From the human T2T-CHM13v2.0 reference genome, Homo sapiens, in the NCBI RefSeq assembly GCF_009914755.1, contig NC_060927.1: a stretch of DNA of 64,000 nt; one strand, 5' to 3'. Made by a program: the position numbers and the translations under genes. Below the pieces are notes generated by a model. The model saw nothing but the letters and a program-made list of their open reading frames with translations. It was not told the origin of the DNA and ran no database searches. Shown here in pieces: positions 53,071 to 64,000 of this stretch (positions are counted from its first letter, which is position 1; every line of letters begins with the position of its first letter).

Positions 53071-56000
53071 TCTAGAACCCAGAGAAGATAATGGAATGCA
53101 GCCAGTGAGGAGCACAACCAGCTGGGAAAAAGCAGCCTCTCACGCTGCGAATCGCACCCTCGCCCCCCTCCCCACCCCACAGGGGCTGGCACCAGTAACC
53201 TCCAGGAACCTAGGGAACCCCAGGATTCCACAGCATCACCCACTCCATCTGGGATTCTGGCAGGTGTTGCCTCACAACGGCCCCCAAGTCTGGGCTCTGC
53301 CACCTCCATCCCCTTCCCTGGCCCAAGACCTATCATCTTTCCCCTGGGCCTCAGCACAGCCCCTACCCTCTTTCCCTATAGTCTATCTCACACCATGGCC
53401 AGAGAGGTCTCTCAACATGATAAACTGGACCCTGTCATCCAAGCTCAAATCTTCCCAATGCTTCCCCACAGCAGCCAGAAAAAAATCCCAACTGCCCCCA
53501 CTGGGCCACACCGCTCCACCTCCACCACCCTCTGCCATGCAGGCCCTGGGACGGGACAGTTTCCACTGGAGCAGGACCTGGACAAGAGGAAGTGCTCTGT
53601 AAATAGTTGATGGGTGTTCTAATGAATGAAGAAGCCCACAATGCACTGCACAGATGTTATCATCTGTATTCTCTAAGTGCAGAAACCAAGGCACAGCCCG
53701 AGGTCACCAAGCCTGTGAGCAGCGTCAGGGGAACTGACTGCTGGCCTGCACTAAGCCCAGTGCCATATTCTCCCCTGCACCCCATCAAAACAGTGGCGGG
53801 TGAGATAGCACTGTCATCGCCGGCCACGTCCTCATTTCCAGAAGCCCAACCTCCGAATCAGGGAAATACAGCCGACTCCCCAAGGCCTTCGAGGCGGGCT
53901 GATGGATGCAGTGTTTAAGCCATAACTGTTTTCACTAAGTGTTCATTAACTTGATGATTGCAGAAGACCCACTAGGCTGTTCGTTGCCATTCAAAACCAG
54001 CAGCTCCACAACCATCTCCTTGGGTCCATGGGGTCTCCCACAAACCTCCTTTCTTCCTGCCCTCCCGTGGGAGCCTCCAATGCTTACCTCCACCTGCTTC
54101 CACCTCTGGTCATCCACAGATGCCACAAGGGGATGCAAGCCATGCAGCCAATGCCACCCAAGAAAAGGTCAACGGGGCTTGCTTGTTGTGGCGCTCAGCG
54201 GGAGAAGTTTCTACCATATACAGTTATTAATGACTTTATTTATATACCAATATTTAGTTCTGCTTGCAATTAAGCAGATCTGCTTTCAAAATATGACTAA
54301 TTAGAACAGTCGTGCTGGCAGGCAGACTTCTGCAAGGAATCACATTGTTCTAGCAAAAGTTGTGCCTGCCAGAGGCAAAACCAGGAGCTGGATCTCAGGA
54401 AGCAGCCTTGGCTCACCACGCCTGGAGGACAGTGCCTTGCAGGGCTGGAGGAAGAGGGGGAAGGAGGATGAGAAAAGAGAGTGAGGGAGACAGAAAAGAG
54501 AGGTGAAAGCGTGGAGGAGGAAGGGAAGAGGGTGGAGGGAAGGAAAGTTGCAACCCTCAAGCCCAGAGGCTTAATTTGTATGATGCTAGTTAACGATGTT
54601 CTCTGGCCTGACATTTGCTGCTGCTTGGAAGCCAACCAGAAAGGTATGGGGTTGCCTAACTCCCAGGTTGACATTTTGAAGGAAGCCAGAGAAGGGGCAC
54701 CTATGCAGTGATGCAGAAACGCAGATCAATACACGACGGGCTGATGTGCAACACCCCCATTAATCCCTGAATGGCTTCTGTCCTCACAATACTCTCATTT
54801 CTGTCCAGTAGGGGCATGATTTTCTCATCTTTCACTGAGTGACAATTTTTGATCAAAACAGGTGCATCTGGCAAAGACAGCCAAAGCCCACGTTCCTAAG
54901 GGAATCTGCAAAAGTCCTGGTGTCCCAGGCTGCCTGAGAAGCAGCACCCCTCACCGATGCCTGAGTCTACCATCAAGGCCTGACCCGCCGCTGCCTCTTC
55001 CAACTCCAGCTCTGTGCCAGACACTATGCAGGGACTGAGGACACAGAGACCACGATGGCCAAGAAGCTGACCTTGGTGCCGGCTCCACAGTCCTCCTGGC
55101 AGGGTGCACGGGGCGTGGAAGGAGAAAGCCACATTGTCCTGGGGCCCGGGAGACAGGCCCAGCCAAGGAGGCTGAAAGCTTTGAAGGAAGAGGAGAGTGG
55201 AGGGGGTCCTCTGTGCTGAGCAGGACACATGGTGCATATGAGGAGTCCCCAGTGCTGGGCAGTGCAGAGGCCACCCAGCCCCCACAGCAGAGACTGGTGG
55301 AAATGAAGGGTTGAGAGGTGTGGGGACTGGGGATGGCCAAGGTCTTCCCTGACCGACGGCCTCAAGCTGCCATCACTCTCTCCCTACCTCCCAAGAGTGA
55401 GGGACAGATTTTTCAGAGGCGAGGACATGGCACTTGATTTGTATATAGAAAGATCAGCCTGACCAGCTATAGCGGACACTGGGGAGGCCGCCCAGGCGCC
55501 CTCCAGGACCTGTTCCCTGTCCCCGCCTGCCAGGAGTGCTGGCTGCTGAGGGCTCCCAGCTGAGTACCACTTGAGGACTGTCCTTGGCCAAGGTCACGCC
55601 TCCCTCCCCCAGGGGCCACACACAATGTCCGGTCGATGTGGAGGGACAAAGGGCAGTGCCCTGGCCTTGATTAGGGACACCCCTTCAGAGCCTTCCCAGC
55701 TCCAGAGCTCTGGTGGCATTGGCTATGGGAGGCCTCTGCAGAGACCACGCCATGCCCCTCGATGCCCCCTCTACCCATCCAGCCCCTCGAATGAGTGCTG
55801 TGCCCGAGAGCTCCCAGTGTATCCCCTTTCACACAAATCCCATCTTAGAGCCTGTTCCCGGAGAACTCAACCCCAGACAGCGAGCAAAGCCCCAAGTCTC
55901 CAGAATCATGTCCTCTGCAGTCTGTTCCCATCTCCCCCATCCCCCACCCCCGTCATCACATGTGCTGCAAGGAGCTGGTGACCAAGCATCTGTCCCCTGA

Positions 56001-56879
56001 GCTCCCAGGGCAGAGCCAGGGATGCATGGTCCCTGAGAGCTTACAGAGTTGAAGCCTCACCCCAAAATCCCCAATAAATCTCCCCTTGACAACATACCCG
56101 TGAAATTCACCCATGAAATTCACACAGCTCAGTTCCTTCCATAATTTATGGCACTCAATGCTACAAGCCTTGTTAGGCAAGACCCTGGGTGGCTGCGTCC
56201 CTAGCAGGTGAGCCAGAAGCCAACGTAAAAATGCCGTGCTCTGGGATTTTATGGATTTGTAAAATATCTGCCCAGTTTTTCCTTGGGCAACTTTCATAAA
56301 TCAGTACACTTGACATCTTGGGAAAATAGGCAGCTCCTGTAAGAGCGTGAAGCCATTTTTGCACTCACTGCTGTAAACTCAGGCAACAGGAACAAGCACC
56401 TTTTCCTGTGACCATAAAGCCAGGCCTGGAGCAGGCCAGCTCCCTGGTGTGCTGGATGCTCAAGAGTCATGAGCCGCTGGACCTGAGCCACACTTCCCCA
56501 GGTGAACGGGGTCAGTCCTGAGAGGACAATATGAGCCACGATAACAACTGACCACATACTATGCACCGGGGTCTGTGCGCTCAACACTTTCCTGTCTTCT
56601 TCCTCAGCAGGATGAAGACCTTGCCTCAAAAATAAATACATAAATACATAATGAAAATTGTTTTCAAAAAAAGGAGGTGAGGGAGCAAGCCTGTCCCCGT
56701 CCCTCTTAGGGTAGGAGCCAGCACACTGGAGGGGCCTGGGGCTATCCTGAAACCATTCCTGTCTTTACCCACCATTCCACTGCCACAGTTTCCTGGTCTA
56801 TAAAATGCAGATAGTAACACCTGCCTTGAGGGTTACGCTAGGACGGAGTTCGTAGAGCTAGAAGGACCTGCCACATCAC

Positions 56880-58090
<1,211 letters not shown>

Positions 58091-58119
58091 CCACTTTTTT
58101 TTTTAAAGTAGGTACTCAC

Positions 58120-58380
58120 CCAGTGCCCCGTCCCTGCCAGCCTCCCCCTTGCCCTAAGGCTGGAGTGGATCCTGGAGCGCCGGGCTGGGCGCACGCTTGC
58201 TGGTGACCTCAGCCAAGCTCTCAGCCCCTCTGAGCCACAGTTCTCTGAGCTGAAGTCGTGGACAAGAAAGTCTGCTGGCCCAGCCGGTCTCTGGATTTGC
58301 GTCCTTGTCCCTGCGCCTGTCCGCCTGGGCTTCCAACGTGCACAAGCCAGCACCACACAGGCTTGGTACAGAATCATCAA
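58120..58380 (-). ncRNA. Candidate first exon (non-coding or 5' UTR)
   Basis: Donor TGG|GTGAGTAC at 58119; locally CpG-enriched; TATA-like element ~30 nt upstream of inferred start. Confidence 0.35.
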
Positions 58381-58750
58381 GATCAAAAGATTTGCTGGAG
58401 TGGATATAAATAGCCTTAAAGCTCCTGGCCTGGGCTTTTGAGCCGGACGGCGCCGGCCAGGCCACTGACCCCAGCCAGCCTGGCTGGAAAGTCCCCTTCC
58501 CTGGAGTGGCTGCTCCACCAAGCACAGGCTCCTGTGTTCTCCCAGCCTCCAGTTCAGGCTTTGTGTCTCCCGCCTGCCACACTGTCTGTCACAACTTCCC
58601 TCCAAACTTAAACTGGTTTTCCAGTCCAGGCTGACTCACTAGGCCCTGACCTGCGCATGGAAACCATCTGGCTGCCGTGATGCCCACCGGAGGCCGAGGG
58701 CTCTAAGGACAGCAGGGGCAGAAGGGCGCACACGGTGAAAACACGCCCCG
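58380..58750 (-). promoter_or_regulatory. Promoter/enhancer-like motif cluster
   Basis: TATAAATA/CTATTTATAT 58404-58413; GGAAAGTCCCC (kB) 58486-58496; TGACTCA (AP-1) 58632-58638. Confidence 0.5.
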
Positions 58751-59149
58751 CTGCCTGCTCTCCTGGGTCTCGGTCCTGTGTTCGCCTGGGTTCCTGTTCT
58801 AGTTCTCATCTGTCTCCAAGTCAAACCGCATGGGACATCATCTACAAAATGTAGCATTTTCTGACAGGTGCCCAGCACCCCCTCCTCCCCTCCCTCCCTC
58901 CAGCTCCCTCTCACCACATGGCACCCCTGGGGGACTGGCTTGGCATCTCCAGGCTCTAGCATCACTCTGCAGGAAGGCTGGCACTGAGGGTAGGCCTGGC
59001 GGGCTCGCGAAGCAAGTGAATGGGTGAACGAATCAATCACTAATTCAACAAGCGGGAGGAGGACGGAGGAGAGGGCAGGAGGGTCAAAAGGGGCCAAACA
59101 CGCACAGTCTCTGCCTCTCTCGGGGGACTGTCACCCAGCCCACCCCTTC

Positions 59150-59325
59150 CCTCTCACTCTATCCCTCTGGTTCTCTCCCCCTCCTCTCCCTCTCTTTCTG
59201 TCTATCCCTATCTCTGTCCCTCTCTCTGTCTCTCTCTGTCTCTCTATCACTGTGTCTCTCCCTCTCTCTTTCTGTTTCTGTCTCTCTGTGTCTCTCTGTC
59301 TGTCTGTCTGTCTCTCTTTCTCTCA
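59150..59325. repeat. (TC)n/(TCTG)n polypyrimidine tract
   Basis: tctctctgtctctctctgtctctctatc...ctgtctgtctgtctctctttctc. Confidence 0.92.
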
Positions 59326-59819
59326 GCAGCATGGCTGAGGGCAGAAGGATAAGAAGGTGGGAGCTGCAGCCCTGATACCCCTTCTCCCCCTGGAAAGCAG
59401 AGGAGCACCATTTCCAGCCCCTGAGAAGTGACCCTGATCCAGAAGGTCTGGTCATGCGTCCCCTCGACCTGTCCAAGTGAATCAAGTCTTGCCTCCTCCT
59501 CGGCCCGTGCAGGGCAACCTCACTGGCCCAAAGGCTCTTTCCCTGCGAGATCCCTGCCGGCCCCACCACAGCTAGATGCTGCCCTAACTGTGACAAGACG
59601 CCCAGCATCCCCTAGGATCAGGGCCCAGCCCTCGGCAGAGCCTCTGCCTGTGCACTGGCACTTGCGTGAAGCACCCAGCCCTCATCTGCTAAGTGGCTCA
59701 ATTCACCATCCCAACACTTGGGCTCCAGGGGGACCCACCTCCACCCCCACTCCCTCAAACTCTGAGGTCTCAGGCTCCCAGAGATGAAGCACAGCTGCAA
59801 AATCACTCTCGAGATAACC

Positions 59820-60240
59820 TTAGGGTCAGGATCAACAAAGAGAGACCAAAACCAAATACACGAACACAGACTGAAACCCATGGTTTCTTCTCTCATGCAG
59901 GAGTCTGGCGGTGGGCAGTCCAGGCTGGGTGGGACAGTTCCTCCAGGTTACCAGGTTACAGGCTTCTGCAAGCTCACAGCCCCCTCATCCCTCTGGTGCA
60001 GCCACTGTCCTCACAATCCAAAGTGGCTGCCTAAGCCCCAGCCATCACATCCTCATTCCAGCCAACAGAACGCAGAGCAAGGGTCAAAGGATACAACAAT
60101 CCTTTTTCAAGGTACTTTCTGGAAGTTGCACAGCACACTATTGCTTACCTCCTACTGGCTACCACAGAGTCACACAGCCACATGTAACCACCAGAGAGGC
60201 TGAGAAGGGCAGGCTTTATTCTGCTCTACGGGCATTTAAA
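59820..60240 (-). mobile_element. Old MLT1 (J/K-like) MaLR LTR
   Basis: tgtcctcacaatccaaagtggctgcc...catcacatcctcattccagcc...cctactggctaccacagagtcacacagccac. Confidence 0.7.
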
Positions 60241-61350
60241 AAAAAAAAAGATGCTTTATTGCAAAAAAAAAAAAAAAAAAGGAAACCAGATAACGGGAAG
60301 CAGCTATCTCAGCCACACACCCCATGCCCATCTAGTGCAGGGCTCCCTTTCACCTCCGAGACTCCTGTTATTACTTTCCCCACACCTGAAATGATCATGA
60401 CCGAGGTCCACTATGGAGCGAGTGCTCCCACACCCCCGGCACTGGCTAGGCCTTGTCTGAGGGAGGCACTGTTCTTGAACCCATTTTCCATATGAGGAAA
60501 CACTCCCCCGGAGCTCAGAATGGAGCCAGTATCCAAACCCAGACTGCATGCACCCACCACCTCCACAATTTTGTCTTAGTCAAACTGCACTTGGCACATT
60601 GTGGCAGGAGAGATGACAGTGTTCCATCTCAATGCCATCGCCCTTGGACTCCATGTGGCATCAAGCAGCCTGAGACACAGCTTTCCCTGGAGGTCTCGAA
60701 AGTATTGAAGATGCCCAAGGAGCATAGTTCTAACTAGCCCAAACGCCAGCCTCTTACAGGCTAAAAGTCAAGCTCAGCCTGCAGTGCAGCTGGGTGACGG
60801 GGAGCCCACAGGCCCCTGAGGCCCAGACCCTGCGCAGGGACTTTCTCATTAAACCAGGAGGCTCAGGGAAACCCACACAGCGTGCACAGAGCAGCAGTCA
60901 GCAGCTCCGATGATGGGGAGGAAGCAGCTTTTTTTTTTTTTCAATAAAATCAAGCAAAGGAGAACTATTCAGGGAGAAATACGGAAAACCGCTGAAGCCG
61001 TCACCTTAAGAAGAAACCAAAAGCCAACCCTCTCCAAGGTAGGCACAGGGAGACCCCACATGCTGAATCCCCAGGGTCCCTGAAGGATAGCACAAAAGTG
61101 GAGGCCAGGACAATTAGGGGCTCACCGTCCTCCCTAACAACGCTCGCTGCCTCCTCCAGCCAGGCGGTCCTTCTAGCAAGCTCTTATCTCAGCCCCCAAA
61201 ACGGGGTGCTCCAGGGGCACATCTGCTCCCCCACCAGGCTATGAAGTGGACGGCAGGAACGCCCTGGGCCCCCGCTGCACCCCTGACCCCTGGCTGCACC
61301 CCTAACCCCCACACATAAGAGGCTCCATAACCGCTTACTCGATTGGACCT

Positions 61351-61714
61351 TGCTGTGGTCTGAATGTCTGTGTTCTCCCCACCAGGTTCATGTGTTGAAC
61401 TCCTCATCCCCAGGGTGATGGTGTTGGGAGGTGGGGCCTCTGGGAGGTGGTGAGGTCATGAGGGCAGAGCCCTCCTGATTGGGATAAGTGCTTTATAAAA
61501 GAGGCCCAGAAAGCTCCTCGCCTCTCCAACCATGTGAGGACAGCAAGAAGACACCATCTATAAACTGGAAAGTAGGGCCCTTGAAACACACTGAACCTGC
61601 TGGCACCTTGACCTTGGACTTCCCAGCCTCCAGAACCGTGAGAAATAAATGTCTATTGTTTATAAGCCACATAGTTTATGGCATTTGTTATGGCAGCCTG
61701 AACAGCCGAGGACA
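61351..61714 (+). mobile_element. MLT1A0-like solo LTR, full length (364 bp)
   Basis: TG...CA termini, internal aataaa, 5-bp TSD GACCT at 61346-50 and 61715-19. Confidence 0.95.
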
Positions 61715-61878
61715 GACCTGGTACCAGTTCAGTGGAGATAAAAGAAACTACATTTTACAATAAAAACAATCCACACAAAGAAGAGAGGCTGACATTCTGA
61801 TGAAATAAAAGCCGCGTTTTCCATCCCTCTGGTTGCCTCCAGCCAAAGAGGACTGGATTTTTGGCATCTGATGAATGA

Positions 61879-62263
<385 letters not shown>

Positions 62264-62559
62264 AGAGTCAGCAAATTTCTTAAACAAGAAGGCTGTGCCC
62301 CCCCTTAACCAGCTCTCCTCCAGATCCACCCACATCCTCAGTCTGGAGCTTTCACATTTGGGGGGATGGAAAAGAAGCAGCTTGGTGAGTCCTGTCCGTG
62401 AGGGACAAGCATCACACCACTGCTAGCAGGACCACCCTTTGCAGAAACCACAGAAACACAGAGGCCAGGTTCTGTCACGGCCAATGCACACCCCTGAGCA
62501 GAGCCCAAGAGCTCAGCCAGAGGAGGGCCACAGGGCCACCAGACACGAAGCAGGATGCC

Positions 62560-62740
62560 AAGAGCACTGGTTTGGGAGTCCCACAGACCAGGTCCATGTC
62601 TGGTCCTTGCCATTTACTAGCTGTACAACCCTAGACAAGAACTTCACCTCTTTGAGCCTCAGTTTTCTCATCTTCATAATGGGGCTGCACAGATAAAAAA
62701 GGATCAGCTAGCACACAACAGGTGCTTAATACATACTTAC
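62560..62740 (+). mobile_element. MIR
   Basis: gccatttactagctgtacaaccctagacaag...tgagcctcagttttctcatcttcataatgggg. Confidence 0.8.
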
Positions 62741-64000
62741 TTCAGCCCATCTCATAGAAGAGACCCTTATTGCCAGGGAAGCTGCTGTCTCCAGGAGAGA
62801 GCAGTGAAAACTCAGCTGTGGTCCAGGCCACTGCCACTAGACTTTCTGATGAGGCTCCCCTATCAGAAGGGTTGAGCAAGACTCCCACCATGAACCTGTG
62901 TCTTTATAAGTCATGTGCAGATGAGACTGCACTGATGTCACGAATATCCGTAAAAGGGCCCACCAAAAAGATGTTTCAGGAGGAAATTAAATAATAAGTG
63001 CAAATACAATCTTAATTGTACACGTTTTCCCTGCACCTCAAAGAATCAAGTCCTTTGCCCCTAGGGGTGTGTGCATTCCACTCTGGAGACCCTTGTCCAT
63101 GTAACAATCGTCGATTCATTCAAAATATGTCATTTTAAATTTGGGCAGTTTGGTAGGAGGGCTTCCAAAGATGAGCAAGGTATGGCTGCTGCCTGCCCCA
63201 GAGAGGGAAGATGCAAGCCCCCAGGCCCCCAGTGGTAACAAGACAGGAAGCCTGCAGAGGGACCAGGGCTACAGGAATAAATATAATCAACATAAAGAGA
63301 AGACATTTATTCTAACACGTGTCAGCACCATGAAACGTTCTGAGATCAGAGTCAGTCCTCAGAGGACGTGCGGGGTTTCAAAAGGCAAGAACAGAGGTGT
63401 GGGCTGGGTATTCCAGGCAGCGGGAACAGCATGAAGTGTGAAAATGGCAGGCATCCGGAGTGAGCTGCAGTGCAGGGGGTTGGGGTAGGCAACCAGCAGG
63501 CACTTGGCCACCGGCTCAGGGCACTCTTGTGAGCAAGAGAGGAACTCAGGCCAACACTCCTGCCCTCAGGGCAGGACGACAGCCAGGCAGGAGCGAGGCT
63601 GCTTGGGTGTCCTTAGTGCTCAGGGAGAAGGTGGGACTGAGAAGGCAGCGCTCTCAGTGACTGCAGCCATCCACATCGCACTGCAGGGATGATTTTCTCC
63701 AGACCCCCTTTCCCTCTCTGGATGTTTTGGCTGCTTTGCCATATGGCAGGAGTTAAAAATACAGCTTGGAGTGAGGGGGATGCAGATGAGAACAGGCAAG
63801 CATTCCCTGAGTGACTGGGCTGGGAAGCCCAGCCCACTCCCATCCCCTACCCAGGGAACAGGTCAGGTCCCTGCCCAAGAAGCATCCTCAGTGCCCAAGC
63901 CAGGTTGTGGGGGGCAGGGTGCTGGCCTCCTGATGAGCTGCTCTGGAAGATGAGAATGCCACAGACACAGCCACCCCTAAAAGTGATCCTCCACAGACAG

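Noticed and set aside
62846-62890. Hammerhead ribozyme core CTGATGA (also at 63931)
   Set aside because: Followed by GAAG rather than GAAA, and stems II/III cannot be formed.

Overview
Primate, very likely human, GC-rich euchromatic DNA that is intergenic or deep intronic. It carries AluY/S/J, MIR, L2, many old L1M 3' ends, MLT1/LTR33 LTRs, MER2/MER5/MER20 and a near full-length Hsmar2 mariner. I found no intact protein-coding gene, rRNA, tRNA or CRISPR array; the ORF-track entries look like chance ORFs of GC-rich DNA or repeat read-through. I could not name the locus. Repeat subfamily names come from recalled consensus sequences, and boundaries without TSDs are approximate. Main observations: (1) a ~350-bp copy of nearby unique DNA (17471-17844) spliced into the middle of an AluJ 3.5 kb away, with templated junction scars; (2) a chain of strong minus-strand non-coding exon candidates downstream of a TATA/NF-kB/AP-1 promoter-like element at ~58.4 kb; (3) a perfect palindromic estrogen response element at 11240; (4) a possible decayed single-exon gene at 19003-19728; (5) a 4x40-bp higher-order tandem amplification of the MIR core; (6) one target site used twice by retroposons, leaving a triple TSD. 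Nothing here demonstrates a new biological system; these are testable leads.
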